DNA of 64,000 nt from an uncultured bacterium (GCA_963777505.1 CAVZQN010000003.1:352001-416000), one strand, 5' to 3'; positions 36,676 through 46,940 are shown, counted from the stretch's first letter. Notes: generated by a model not told the origin, from the letters alone. A program made the numbers and translations.

Positions 36676-38742
36676 TTATGTTGTCGTGGGTGGCGGGTGG
36701 TTAAGCCAGTCTTTGTGGACAACGAATCTTCGAAATTCAGAAGACGTCATTAATCGAACTATGTAGCGGATCTTTTCCAGGGTGTAACTTACCCACATAA
36801 TTCTATGAACGGATAAAGGATCACGCTGGTGTGAGTGTCGTATCCAGATATAGAACATTTTAGGGAATCCTGAAAGTAACTTTATCAAATCAACGAACAA
36901 CTGCATTTTCCCCGGCATGTGTTGCGAATACTTCGTATATGAATCCGAAGCGCCCCAATTGCGAGACCAGTGTTTGAGATAAGCAATACTCATTCTGCGT
37001 TTTGGAATATTGTGGTGAACTCTTGCATCGTGTATGAAGCCGACATGCTTTCCATTTTGCCAAAGCTTGCGAAGTAAACCGGATTCTCCATCGCCAAGCC
37101 ATGTATCGCCAAAGGATTCAGGATTAAATCCCCCTAGTTCAAACAGCAATTTTTTTTCTATCGCCAGATTTACGCCAAAGAAAAAACAATCAGGAGTTAA
37201 ACGAAAGGTATTAAACGGCTTCATCAAACCAAGTGCCGGAAAGAATTTGCCATCTGAAATCAGGTTTGATAACCATTCCTCAGGATTTTCCTCCCACAGT
37301 GGTTCTACCGGTCCTCCCGCTGCATTCATCAATGGATGACTTTGGAAAGCATGCAGATAAGACTGAATCCAATTGGGATCGACACTCGCATCATCATCAG
37401 TGAATAAAACGATTTCGCCTTTTGCAGCCCTGGCGCCGGCATGTCTTGCGTTGTGCAATCCTAAATTCTTTTCGTATACATATCTGAGCTGCGGATTATT
37501 TGCAGACAGACTTGAAATGTATTCATGAGTCCGGTCAGTTGAGGCATTGTCCACCAAAATAATTTCATATGAATCAGGCGGGGCAGTCTGTTTAAAGTGC
37601 GATGGCAAAGTCGTTTTCAATCTCGGTTCGCCATTATGGGTGGAAATAATGACAGAAATTAATGGATGAGTTGAGTAAAATTTTTGCCTTTTTTTTAAAA
37701 ATTCCTGAACATTGGAATCTGTCGGCTGATCGACCTCATTTACTTTCGCAATTTTCCAATTTCCCCGATGCTGAAATAGTCTCTTTCTCAAAAGACGTCT
37801 GAAAGGATAAACAAGGAATCGATAGACCACTCCAGAAAAGCTGATTGCGCTTATGAACGAGGATAGGAATCTCATTTCTACGCTACGCGAATATTTCGAT
37901 GCCTGATCAAAAGCGCGGTGCGCTTCTTTCTTGAATCCTCGTTCCATTAATGTATCTGCGCTGAACAACATGAGACCAGCTAACGCATCGCTTCGATTTA
38001 CGGAGTTGAGGTTGTTTTCGTTGAGGTGATTCCAAACAAGTTCTGCGGCGTAACGTTTTGATTCTTCAAGGCGTGGTGTTGCGCCTAAATTAAAACTTCT
38101 TGGAAGATCATGATCCCGCATAAATTGGAGGATCAATGGAACAAAAACGTAATTGATCTCCTTACAGATTGCGCGAATATGAAATTCCCAATCATCGTAG
38201 CCAATTCCAAGATCCGTTTTCCAACCTCCTAAAGCTTCCAACGTTGAACGCCGCCAGAAGGCTGAGCCTGTATGCCAAACTGGATCGTCCCAAAGAAAAC
38301 GATCTAGATGAAATTCCGGTAATGGTGAATTCCATAAAACTCCGAAGTCTCCTGGAATGTTTTTGAAATACTCATCCAGGCTATAGCACATGTCCACCGC
38401 CGGATCAGAATCCAGTACCTCCTTACAGACTTCGATTTTTTTGGGATGCAATAAGTCATCTGAATCCAGGAATTGAATGTATTTGCCTAGAGCTTCCTGC
38501 ACACCTCGATTTCTAGCAATACAAACTCCAGCATGATCTTGCTTGATGAGGCGCGCACGGTCTTGAACATCCGGATGATTTATGATGGCTTCTATTTCAG
38601 TGAGTGTTTTCTGATCCGAACCGTCATCAACGATGATTACTTCTATCGCGGAATAGGATTGCTTTACTGCTGAGAGTACCGCTTCTAATACAAATTCGGA
38701 TCGTTGATAGGTTGGAATAATGATGGAAACGTCGGGCTTCAT
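36676..38742 (-). CDS. Tandem GT2-GT2 glycosyltransferase
   Basis: Two GT-A domains: VSIIIPTY..VDDGS..FLDSDD and ISVIISTHN..VDNAS..FTDDD. Confidence 0.92.
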   Translation of the reverse strand: MKPDVSIIIPTYQRSEFVLEAVLSAVKQSYSAIEVIIVDDGSDQKTLTEIEAIINHPDVQDRARLIKQDHAGVCIARNRGVQEALGKYIQFLDSDDLLHPKKIEVCKEVLDSDPAVDMCYSLDEYFKNIPGDFGVLWNSPLPEFHLDRFLWDDPVWHTGSAFWRRSTLEALGGWKTDLGIGYDDWEFHIRAICKEINYVFVPLILQFMRDHDLPRSFNLGATPRLEESKRYAAELVWNHLNENNLNSVNRSDALAGLMLFSADTLMERGFKKEAHRAFDQASKYSRSVEMRFLSSFISAISFSGVVYRFLVYPFRRLLRKRLFQHRGNWKIAKVNEVDQPTDSNVQEFLKKRQKFYSTHPLISVIISTHNGEPRLKTTLPSHFKQTAPPDSYEIILVDNASTDRTHEYISSLSANNPQLRYVYEKNLGLHNARHAGARAAKGEIVLFTDDDASVDPNWIQSYLHAFQSHPLMNAAGGPVEPLWEENPEEWLSNLISDGKFFPALGLMKPFNTFRLTPDCFFFGVNLAIEKKLLFELGGFNPESFGDTWLGDGESGLLRKLWQNGKHVGFIHDARVHHNIPKRRMSIAYLKHWSRNWGASDSYTKYSQHMPGKMQLFVDLIKLLSGFPKMFYIWIRHSHQRDPLSVHRIMWVSYTLEKIRYIVRLMTSSEFRRFVVHKDWLNHPPPTTT

Positions 38743-39650
38743 TCAGACTTAGCGGTGCCGGCCATGATTAACGAACGAAGAGGTTTTGTAATACGAAGCA
38801 AAAATCGGATTATTGCCACGATCGGCGTTGTCCATGGTTTGATGCGTGGCATCATATCAAGCTGCCGGATCATGACTTCTCGATTGAATGGACGCTTCAA
38901 ACCTCCAGAAGTCAAAGTGTGTGTTGCATCTTTCAGTGAAATTTCCCGCGCAGCCGCGCCTGCTAATTTTATGTTGTGATCTGCTTCCGGACCATCCCAC
39001 GTTTTGCCTGTTCCTTTTGGAATATGCTTGTAATCATGATTTTGATGCACGATTGAAATCGAAGACGTGGCATCAATGAGCGGATAGCCATCAGCTCTTG
39101 CAGAATATAAGAACCAGTTATCCCATGCAGGCCTTCCAATAATAAATGGCGGCATCCGCGTTCCGACTTTTTGAGTAAACACAAAGTAATCGATAGCCCA
39201 GGCTTCTTCAAGTATTCCAGATGCCTGAATCTCTTTTCTTAAACGATCCTGCCAGCCTTCTGAAAAATCAAGTGGTTCTACAATGTCAAGATTCCACCTT
39301 TGTCCGCAAAGCAAAAATTGTTTCTTCAGGTTCTGGGTTTGTTGAATCGACTTGACAAAATCAGCCATCAAAATGATATCGGAATTGATGTAACAGAGCA
39401 GCGGATCAGTAGACATTTTTCGCGCTTTTTGAAAAACATCTTGAATGATCGGAGTACCATATTCACTTGTTGCAACTTCCGGAACGTGTTCAAGATTCAT
39501 TTCTGCTGCAATCTCTTTAGTCCCTTCATCACTTCCAAAAAGGATCAATCGTGGCCGCGGCTGCAGTAATGTCCAGCTTCGAATAGCGTTCCGTTGGATG
39601 ATGTTAATGTGTCCACGAAAAGCTTTTGGAATTGCGAAGAGGGTTAACAT
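38739..39650 (-). CDS. GT-A fold glycosyltransferase-like protein
   Basis: QRNAIRSW, YINSDI, QRWN, DYFVF, GRPAWDNW, HQNHDY. Confidence 0.7.
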   Translation of the reverse strand: MLTLFAIPKAFRGHINIIQRNAIRSWTLLQPRPRLILFGSDEGTKEIAAEMNLEHVPEVATSEYGTPIIQDVFQKARKMSTDPLLCYINSDIILMADFVKSIQQTQNLKKQFLLCGQRWNLDIVEPLDFSEGWQDRLRKEIQASGILEEAWAIDYFVFTQKVGTRMPPFIIGRPAWDNWFLYSARADGYPLIDATSSISIVHQNHDYKHIPKGTGKTWDGPEADHNIKLAGAAAREISLKDATHTLTSGGLKRPFNREVMIRQLDMMPRIKPWTTPIVAIIRFLLRITKPLRSLIMAGTAKSE

Positions 39651-41753
39651 TTATGGTGTCTCAACTCTTGCAATCTCTGGCTCTGAAGATTTCAACAGCA
39701 CATATTTGCCATTCGAATTTCGCAAAAAGATTTGTACGTCATTGTGTCCTTTGACAAATGCTGATTCAGGTAACATCACGCGAAAACTATGAATTCCTTT
39801 TTTTCGCAAAGGGCGGGTTTGTCCTGTGGATTGGAATGTTCCATTTAATGCGACAGCAATATTCCTTTTTTCTGCACCAAGCTCTGTGGATTCAATTGTG
39901 CCTGATAACAAAGCTGGAATGAAGGTGGATTCCGGATCAACATTTCCTAAGCGTTCCTTTTTATGAATCTGGATCCGAGCGTTGGAGGTTGAAATGTTTG
40001 TAGTCGCTGGTTGGCGAATCAGCCATTGATCCGGACCTGCATAAAACAAATTTGCAGAATTCTCTTCTCCGAACCAGATAATCTTCCGGTCAACTGATCG
40101 TTGAATTTGTTTCAAATCAGAGGAGAAAGTCCTTCGGACTTTTTCGCCTGAAAGAAATGAGCGTTTATTTTGTCTTGAAGGTTCCTTTTTCACCAAGGAA
40201 AATCCATCTACTTGCCATGGAATCGAAAAATCCAAAACTTCAGCAATCGTTGGAAGTATATCGACCGTTTCCGTATTCCAGTCAACAATTTGTCCAGTCT
40301 TTTGATCCGGATATTTTATGAATAGAGGCACCCATAACATTTCAGGATAATTTTTCTTCTGAACTTTGCGGAGCTCAGCTCCTTCTGTTAAGCCAAGTCC
40401 GTGATCTCCCACAAAAACGATCATGGATGAATCATACAGGTTTTCTTCTTTTAACTTGTGAACTAATTCCCCGATTAATCCATCAAGAAATTGAACTTGA
40501 AGCAAAAGCCTTTGGTACGATTCCTTCACTACAGTTTCACTTTCCCAGGATGTCGTTTGAACCAGTGCGATATTTTCGATTTCAAATGGATCATATGTTC
40601 GCCCCGAAGGAAGAAATTCCCAAATTCTGTGCGGCAACAGGATATGTAGATATCGAAGTATTGGTTTGTTTTCGGATTCAAGCGAACTCAGAAAATCGTC
40701 AAACGTTTTTCTTCTTCCGTTTCGATGATTGGGAGAGCGAATCTGATTTTGTCGTACTTTAAAATTACCCCAATTGTTTTGAATCGAAGGTAAATTGCGG
40801 CTCAATGCTGATGGAAGCACCACATGCCCGTAAATGATCGATAAATCAGAAATAATTTCAGCAATATTGCTCGAGCTCTTCGAATGCGGGTCTTTGAGCT
40901 TTTCCGGAAAGAGTTGAGTCGCGAACTCAGTTGCTTGCATTGAATACGAATTTTGTAACAACGTGAAAAGGGTATTCGGGTAATCCAGGGGAACCGGGAC
41001 CGCTCCAGCATTCGCATAACGGCCTGTAAGCATCGTTGGAATCGAATAAGTAGTTTGATCTGCAGAGGTAGTTGTATTTCGGTAGAAGGAAGCTTTTTGA
41101 GAAAGGCTGTGAAAGTTTGGAAAAAGATGAGAATCAATTTTCAAGTCTTTATTCAAAAGAGCAACAAGCGGGAATTCGTCAAATACGACAACTATAAGGG
41201 GAGCCGGATTTTTCGGAACAACTGTTGTGCTGATGGGCGTCTCAGAGCTATAGAGTTTTTTGATTTGAGGATTGAGCAGAAGCAATGTTGGGACTATCAG
41301 AATCGCCGGAGACAAAAATAGTAAGTATGAAGAAATTACTTTTTTGTACCCAATCGAAAATAGAATCAGACTGAAAAAAAAGATACAAACCATGACGAGG
41401 ATTCCAATTGAAGGGCTTAATCCTCGCGCTATTTGCATCAAAATTGAAGTGAGCAGAACAGCAAAAACAAAAGCACGATAGCCTTGTTGAAAATGTTTCC
41501 CAACTTTTCCTGCGAGTAGATATAAAACAAAAAGTAAAAGAGGCGCAAGAAAACTGAGACAGAAAACAAAAAGCAGAAGTGATGTATTCCTTATGTCATG
41601 GAAAACAAAAAACTCTGGCGCTTTTACAAGGGTTGAATACAAAGATTGCAGTGCAAGGTTGAACAGCGCAAAAAACGGTAAAGCTTCTTTTATTTTGTTC
41701 GGGTTCGTTGGATGTTCTCCCAATTTAATATTGTTTCTTACCACGAAGTTCAC
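39651..41753 (-). CDS. Membrane sulfatase/LtaS-like phosphotransferase (start uncertain)
   Basis: About 5 TMs, VVFDEF, QTTYSIPTMLTG, LPH, GDHG, VPLFIKYP, DILPT. Annotated GTG start lies inside a repeat. Confidence 0.85.
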   Translation of the reverse strand: MNFVVRNNIKLGEHPTNPNKIKEALPFFALFNLALQSLYSTLVKAPEFFVFHDIRNTSLLLFVFCLSFLAPLLLFVLYLLAGKVGKHFQQGYRAFVFAVLLTSILMQIARGLSPSIGILVMVCIFFFSLILFSIGYKKVISSYLLFLSPAILIVPTLLLLNPQIKKLYSSETPISTTVVPKNPAPLIVVVFDEFPLVALLNKDLKIDSHLFPNFHSLSQKASFYRNTTTSADQTTYSIPTMLTGRYANAGAVPVPLDYPNTLFTLLQNSYSMQATEFATQLFPEKLKDPHSKSSSNIAEIISDLSIIYGHVVLPSALSRNLPSIQNNWGNFKVRQNQIRSPNHRNGRRKTFDDFLSSLESENKPILRYLHILLPHRIWEFLPSGRTYDPFEIENIALVQTTSWESETVVKESYQRLLLQVQFLDGLIGELVHKLKEENLYDSSMIVFVGDHGLGLTEGAELRKVQKKNYPEMLWVPLFIKYPDQKTGQIVDWNTETVDILPTIAEVLDFSIPWQVDGFSLVKKEPSRQNKRSFLSGEKVRRTFSSDLKQIQRSVDRKIIWFGEENSANLFYAGPDQWLIRQPATTNISTSNARIQIHKKERLGNVDPESTFIPALLSGTIESTELGAEKRNIAVALNGTFQSTGQTRPLRKKGIHSFRVMLPESAFVKGHNDVQIFLRNSNGKYVLLKSSEPEIARVETP

Positions 41754-41817
41754 GAAGTATCACGAAGTCGGTTTCTACAGCAATTGTATCTTCGTGCTTC
41801 TTCGTGATCTTCGTGGT
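41740..41817. repeat. Inverted repeat of 3x CACGAAG / 3x CTTCGTG
   Basis: ACCACGAAGTTCACGAAGTATCACGAAG ... CTTCGTGCTTCTTCGTGATCTTCGTGGT. Confidence 0.85.
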
Positions 41818-41823
41818 TTCATC

Positions 41824-42453
41824 TTATTCTTCCAGATGAACAAGGCCGCGTTGAAGAGCGGTAGTCGCTGCTTGAGTCCTGTCACTGACACCCAATTTTG
41901 TAAATATGATGTTGATGTAACTCTTGACTGTTCCCTCTGAAATATGAAGGGTTGCGGCAATTTCCTTATTGCTCATTCCTTTAACAATCAATTTTAGAAC
42001 ATCCATCTCGCGCGCAGTTAATTCAACTCCCGGAATTCTTGCTGCTAGTTTTTCTGCAACTTCAGGCGGAATCCTTCGGTGACCTGCATGCACGGCTCGA
42101 ATTGCTTCGAGCAATTCTTTTCTAGGTATATCTTTCAACAAATAGGCTCGTGCTCCGGCTTGAAGTACACGATAGATTTCCTCATCTGCATGGAATGTTG
42201 TCAGTACGATCACTTTTGCATTTGGAAAATCTTTGCGGATAGCAATGATGGCTTGCACTGCATCCATTTCGGGCATCCGTAAATCGAGGAGTGCAATGTC
42301 CGGACGATGCTTGCGATACGATTCTACTGCTTCGCGGCCATTCGAGGCTTCAGCCACAACAACCATATCCGGTTGAGTCTGAATAATTGCAGAAAGACCG
42401 TCGCGTACAACAGGATGGTCATCCGCGACGAGAATTCGAATTTGATTCTCCAT
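41824..42453 (-). CDS. NarL/LuxR-family response regulator (orphan)
   Basis: ADDHPVVR, LDLRMP, YLLKD, LTAREMDVL..GMSNKEIA..TVK. Confidence 0.96.
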   Translation of the reverse strand: MENQIRILVADDHPVVRDGLSAIIQTQPDMVVVAEASNGREAVESYRKHRPDIALLDLRMPEMDAVQAIIAIRKDFPNAKVIVLTTFHADEEIYRVLQAGARAYLLKDIPRKELLEAIRAVHAGHRRIPPEVAEKLAARIPGVELTAREMDVLKLIVKGMSNKEIAATLHISEGTVKSYINIIFTKLGVSDRTQAATTALQRGLVHLEE

Positions 42454-42490
42454 CGGCCTACAACAGAGTCGACAATCTAGTTAAGAGCAA

Positions 42491-42526
42491 TCAGCTCTCA
42501 GCACTCATTGCTCAGCACTCAGCACT
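42491..42526. repeat. Heptamer tandem repeat (TCAGCAC-like x5)
   Basis: TCAGCTC TCAGCAC TCATTGC TCAGCAC TCAGCAC. Confidence 0.7.
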
Positions 42527-42537
42527 TTTATTATAGT

Positions 42538-44157
42538 CTACTCGGACGATCCAAATTCTTCCGCTATATTTTGGTGTTTCCTGGCTTCTTCGAGCCGTCC
42601 AAGTTGTCGAAGCACATCAGCAAGGTTTCGATGAGCGGGGGGTGAGTTGTAGTTGCATCGAATTGCTTCTTTAAATTCGTTTGCAGCCTTTTCAAGCTGT
42701 CCCGATCTCTGATAAAAAATTCCAAGATTGAAGTGTGCGGTGTAATAGTCAGGGTTTATCGCGAGTGCTTGCTGGTAAAGTTTTTCAACATCTTCAGAAA
42801 TGTTTTTCGCCTGTTTTACTGTTGCCAGGTGAGCGTACAAAGCTGCGGCAATCGTGTTGTTCTTGTTAGGCTGAGAGAGTGCACTTTTGAACTCTGTTTC
42901 TGCTTGATCCAGGTCACCTGCTTGAAGATGAGCAACGCCAAGCCTGAAGAGAACTTTGCTGTCGTTCGGATTCGTCTCGGCGGCAGCGCTCCATAAGCTA
43001 AGATCATTTTGCCAATATAGTTGCCGGACAATCAGCACCGGTGAATAAATAAGCAGCACCAGGATTGCAAGGGTCCAAATTTGTTTTGAGTTTGGTGCCT
43101 CACCATGATTTCTATTTCGTAAATATCGTATAAGACAACCGGCCATCAACAAGCAAAAACTAACCGATGGAAAGTACAAGAATCGCTCGTCAAGTGTAGT
43201 TTCGATTTGAATGAAACCGAGCACCGGAATCAAAGTGATAAGCCATATTAAGGACCAGGACCGGATCTTTTTGTCCTGAACGAACCACAACCCGGCTCCG
43301 AACAGAATTGTCGCAAGTACAGTCAGCCAGACTGGAAGAATAGATGGTGGCGGTTCCAAATAGAGTGCGATCGGAGGCAAGATCATCAATCGTAAGTACG
43401 AAGGGATCAAGCTCAATCCAGATATGAACTTTTCAAAACTGAAAGAGGTGGGTCCAACGGTACCCAACGCGAAGTGGCGTATCAAAACGATGGATGCAAG
43501 TACGATTGCAAAAGGAATCATCCAAAGGAAAGCGGAGCGCCAGCTTTTTTCGCGTTCTTTCCAGAAAATTAATGCTGGTGTTGTTACGCTGATTTCTTTT
43601 GCAAGCAAGGCAAGGAAATATAACGGAGGCGCCAATACTTTGCGGACCGTAAAGGCAAGTAAACAAGAGAGTGCGAATAGAGTAGCAATTGCGTCTACAC
43701 GTCCGGAAACGAATGTTACTGAACTGACATGTGATGGGTGAACAGCAAAAATCGCCGCGGTTAAGAGTGCGAGGGCGATGTTGTCGAAAAGTTTGAGAAC
43801 GAGAAAGTAGAGAACGATCACAACTGTCACATGAATCATAAGGCTTGTAAGGTGATGACCGAAAGCGGTCCGTTCCCAGATTTGCCAATCAGTCCAATGT
43901 GTTAGCAAAGAAATTGGCCGATAGTATCCAAGTGAATATTGTGGATTTCCCTGGCCGTAATAATCTTCGGTGAAGCCTTCCAGGATTCCTTTTGCTGATC
44001 GCAAATGAAAGTTGTTCAGGATCAGGTAGTGATCATCAAAAACAAAGTCTGCGAAAAGGGAAGGAAGATAAATGAAGAAAGTACCGAAGATGAGAAATAA
44101 GACGTATTTTGAATGACCCTGTGACGGATGCATGATCCAGGGTACAGGATACATCAA
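42538..44157 (-). CDS. TMTC-like GT-C glycosyltransferase with C-terminal TPRs (start may be 44133)
   Basis: FVFDD..LI..N, YYRP, FAVHP, V.FVSGR, LAKE, ERFLYFPS, W.ND..LW, then TPRs. Confidence 0.85.
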   Translation of the reverse strand: MMYPVPWIMHPSQGHSKYVLFLIFGTFFIYLPSLFADFVFDDHYLILNNFHLRSAKGILEGFTEDYYGQGNPQYSLGYYRPISLLTHWTDWQIWERTAFGHHLTSLMIHVTVVIVLYFLVLKLFDNIALALLTAAIFAVHPSHVSSVTFVSGRVDAIATLFALSCLLAFTVRKVLAPPLYFLALLAKEISVTTPALIFWKEREKSWRSAFLWMIPFAIVLASIVLIRHFALGTVGPTSFSFEKFISGLSLIPSYLRLMILPPIALYLEPPPSILPVWLTVLATILFGAGLWFVQDKKIRSWSLIWLITLIPVLGFIQIETTLDERFLYFPSVSFCLLMAGCLIRYLRNRNHGEAPNSKQIWTLAILVLLIYSPVLIVRQLYWQNDLSLWSAAAETNPNDSKVLFRLGVAHLQAGDLDQAETEFKSALSQPNKNNTIAAALYAHLATVKQAKNISEDVEKLYQQALAINPDYYTAHFNLGIFYQRSGQLEKAANEFKEAIRCNYNSPPAHRNLADVLRQLGRLEEARKHQNIAEEFGSSE

Positions 44158-44161
44158 GAAC

Positions 44162-44186
44162 GTAGGGGCGGGTCTAAGACCCGCCC
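44162..44186 (+). repeat. GTAG-family REP
   Basis: GTAGGGGCGGGTCTAAGACCCGCCC, identical to 53096-53120. Confidence 0.88.
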
Positions 44187-44197
44187 GGTGATTAAAA

Positions 44198-45022
44198 TTA
44201 ACTTGCGGTACGGAAGCCGATTCCTGCGAGCCGATCTAGGCGTGAAAGACGTGCGCGATATGTTGTACGCATACGCCAATGGATCGACGAATAATCTCCA
44301 CCGCGAATGATCCCGAGTGTTTCACGACTGCGGCGTGAAGGCTCAAAAGGTGCATTCGGATACGGAGCCCAGGAATCTGCAACCCATTCAGCAACATTGC
44401 GTGCCATATCCATCACACCAAAAGGGCTTCTATCTTCTGGAATTGCGCCAACCGGTGTTGATGTTGAAGCTTGTTTGTCACCCCAGTTATCAATGACTTC
44501 GAGATTATTTCCCCATGGAAACATCCGGCCATCATTTCCGCGAGCGGAATATTCCCATTCGGCTTCGGTTGGCAATCGTAACTTTTTCCATCTGCAGTAT
44601 GCAGATGCTTCAAACCAGGAAATTCCTTCGACCGGGTGTGCATCTTTCCCTTCCGGGAATTTACAATTGCGCCACAACGCAGGGGATAGATGTGAAGTTT
44701 GATCGACAAATAATTCAATTCGATCAAATCCAACAAGATCTGTGTCTAAATCAGAAGTCAGGATTAATTCCTTCCACAATTCCTTCGTTCTGTATGCGCC
44801 GGAATCCACAAATTCTTTATATTCCGCATTCGTTACCTGATGCTTTGAAATGCGAAACGCCGGAACTCTTACATTATGTGCTGGAACTTCCGGATACAAG
44901 ATGTATGGATTGACATCAGCCTCTCGCGGAAAAAAATCACGGAAAAGGCGGTCTGCCGTTTCCCGAGAAAGTCCCATTTCGAATTCACCTGATGGTACAA
45001 AAAGCATTTCTTTGCTATTCAT
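44198..45022 (-). CDS. FGE-sulfatase/SUMF1-fold protein lacking the FGE catalytic cysteines
   Basis: F.MG, VTNAEY, HPV..ISW, RLPTEAEWEY.ARG, FPWG, NVAEW, RGG, GFR. Confidence 0.9.
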   Translation of the reverse strand: MNSKEMLFVPSGEFEMGLSRETADRLFRDFFPREADVNPYILYPEVPAHNVRVPAFRISKHQVTNAEYKEFVDSGAYRTKELWKELILTSDLDTDLVGFDRIELFVDQTSHLSPALWRNCKFPEGKDAHPVEGISWFEASAYCRWKKLRLPTEAEWEYSARGNDGRMFPWGNNLEVIDNWGDKQASTSTPVGAIPEDRSPFGVMDMARNVAEWVADSWAPYPNAPFEPSRRSRETLGIIRGGDYSSIHWRMRTTYRARLSRLDRLAGIGFRTAS

Positions 45023-45034
45023 TGTTCACCTTCC

Positions 45035-46837
45035 TCACTGTTTTTCCACGATTATGTCTTTCGCAAGCGCGTTGTAGTCTTCCATTCGCATTGATTCAAT
45101 TCCGTTAGCTCCATCTTCTACACGACGCGGTGGTTTACGATCCAATCCTGCAACATCTGCAGCATCTGTCTTGCCTACACCATCTGGTCCCCATGGATTG
45201 CGATAATAGACACGGCCATTTTCGATTTTTGTAATTTCAACTGCATGCATTCCGCCATCCCATGCAACGCCAGTGAATACAGGACCACGTCCGGCATCGA
45301 TTTCTTTTTTCGTGCGATTCAACAAGTCATCTGTGTGCCGGTTGAAATCTTTTCCGTGAAGACCTTTGAGCACTTTCATGTTGTCATCATATGTAAGGCC
45401 ACCACCGTTAGGAGGATATCCATCTAAACTTCGTGACGATGGATTTGTAGGATCCGCAAAGCCATCATCAGGCGTACCCCGCTTTCCATCTTTTCCAGGA
45501 TTCCAGTTTTGATAGCCTTCTCCGGGACGCGCATAATTCATCAACGCTGATTGAAGCAAACGTTCACTTGCCGTTCTACCGCCACGATCTTCCATGAATC
45601 CATCAGCAGGCGGCTTGATTGTGTCGCCATTTGTTAGTTTGGCTTCACCTTTCGTTGCAAGATCCGTGACAAGGCGCGAATATTCGCCGGGATTTTTATC
45701 GGCAACTCGGTGTGTCATGCTTGTCACCGTACATGTGCCGCGATCGCCTTGATTGATCGTTTGTGCAGGCGCATTCATTTCTTGCAATAAACCGGAGAGT
45801 ACTTTTGATTTATCTTCCGGTTTTCCAAAGGAAGTCAGCCGCTTATCGAGATTTGAATTTGCAAAACGATCTAAGTTATCGAGTGCAGTTGTGCCGTCTT
45901 TCGCTTTATCTAATAGGGCGGATTTCCCATTGATTTCTTTATCAAGCAATCCATTCAGCGCGGTTCTGCCTTCCGGAGTTGCTGTCCCGTAAACATTCAA
46001 AGTTTTTTGGCGCTCTTCCGGCGAAAGTTTTTCGAATTTTGGATTGTTACTTAGGCCATGTAAATCGGCCATGAATTCAGGACTCTTTCCTTTTGCTGCT
46101 GCCAGCTCCAACATTTTGCTTTTCGTGGCATCATCCAATTTCTTATTGGAAACCATGTCATTTACAAGAACGCCTTGTGCTTCACCTGGATTTTTTCCGT
46201 AGGCTCTGAGTGCATCTTGTTGTGCATCCGAAGACAATTTTTGAAGATCTGGATTCGTTGCAACCTCTTTCAAATGCTTCCGGCCTTCCTCACTATTTCC
46301 TACATGATTGAGTTGTTCACCGTATTGCAATTGAGCTTCGGGTGTTAATTTCTTGAAGTTAGGATCCTGTTCGAGTTTCAATCGCTCTTGAACGGCAGGG
46401 CTTGCGACACCATCTGCATTCATTGCATTCAGTTTTTGGAAATCGCGAACTGCGCCAGCTGTTTCAGGTCCATATTTACCATCTTGCTGAATTGCCGGTA
46501 ACTTTTGATCGCCGCGCCATCCATTGAGATCTTTTTGCAACGTCTCAACTTCTTCACCTTTGCTGCCTGGTTTTAAAGGCGCATTAAAGGTGGTCTCTGG
46601 TTGAGCTGTTTTTTCTGGTGCTTTTCCATCAATTTTTTGTTGAAGTTCCTTCGCTTGAGCTTGTTCGGCCATGGAATGTTCAGCTTTTTGCGATGCGCCA
46701 TCCGTTCGCGGTGCTGCAGGTGTTTCCACAACGGGCGGAGTCTGCTTCATTGTTTCTGTTTCTTTCGGTTTTGAAACGTCTTCTGCGGTTTGCGGCATAA
46801 CCGCTGCTGCCGTGCCGCCATTGACTTTACTTACCAT
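45035..46837 (-). CDS. Peptidoglycan-binding-domain protein with C-terminal papain/calpain-like cysteine protease
   Basis: Start ATG 46837 behind GGAGG. PG_binding_1 (GSKGEEVETLQ..DGKYGPET..AVRDFQ); triad QGDRGTC, GMHAV, RNPWG. Confidence 0.78.
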   Translation of the reverse strand: MVSKVNGGTAAAVMPQTAEDVSKPKETETMKQTPPVVETPAAPRTDGASQKAEHSMAEQAQAKELQQKIDGKAPEKTAQPETTFNAPLKPGSKGEEVETLQKDLNGWRGDQKLPAIQQDGKYGPETAGAVRDFQKLNAMNADGVASPAVQERLKLEQDPNFKKLTPEAQLQYGEQLNHVGNSEEGRKHLKEVATNPDLQKLSSDAQQDALRAYGKNPGEAQGVLVNDMVSNKKLDDATKSKMLELAAAKGKSPEFMADLHGLSNNPKFEKLSPEERQKTLNVYGTATPEGRTALNGLLDKEINGKSALLDKAKDGTTALDNLDRFANSNLDKRLTSFGKPEDKSKVLSGLLQEMNAPAQTINQGDRGTCTVTSMTHRVADKNPGEYSRLVTDLATKGEAKLTNGDTIKPPADGFMEDRGGRTASERLLQSALMNYARPGEGYQNWNPGKDGKRGTPDDGFADPTNPSSRSLDGYPPNGGGLTYDDNMKVLKGLHGKDFNRHTDDLLNRTKKEIDAGRGPVFTGVAWDGGMHAVEITKIENGRVYYRNPWGPDGVGKTDAADVAGLDRKPPRRVEDGANGIESMRMEDYNALAKDIIVEKQ

Positions 46838-46940
46838 CGGAATCCTCCAGGTGTTTGATCGAGCACTAGAATATGCCGTCCTGACTTCGCACACCTGTAT
46901 CCTGAGTATTGATTTGAACTAGGCCAGTGGTTGGCTGCAG

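Noticed and set aside
41740-41817. CRISPR-like array
   Set aside because: Units are 7-10 bp arranged as an inverted repeat with no unique spacers, and there are no cas genes.
44198-45022. DGR target gene or sulfatase-maturing FGE
   Set aside because: No reverse transcriptase or template repeat seen in the window, catalytic cysteines are absent, and the local sulfatase-like proteins lack the CxPxR motif.
46862-46877. Sigma54 promoter for the cysteine protease
   Set aside because: GG-N11-GC spacing is non-canonical; plausible only if it carries an insertion error.
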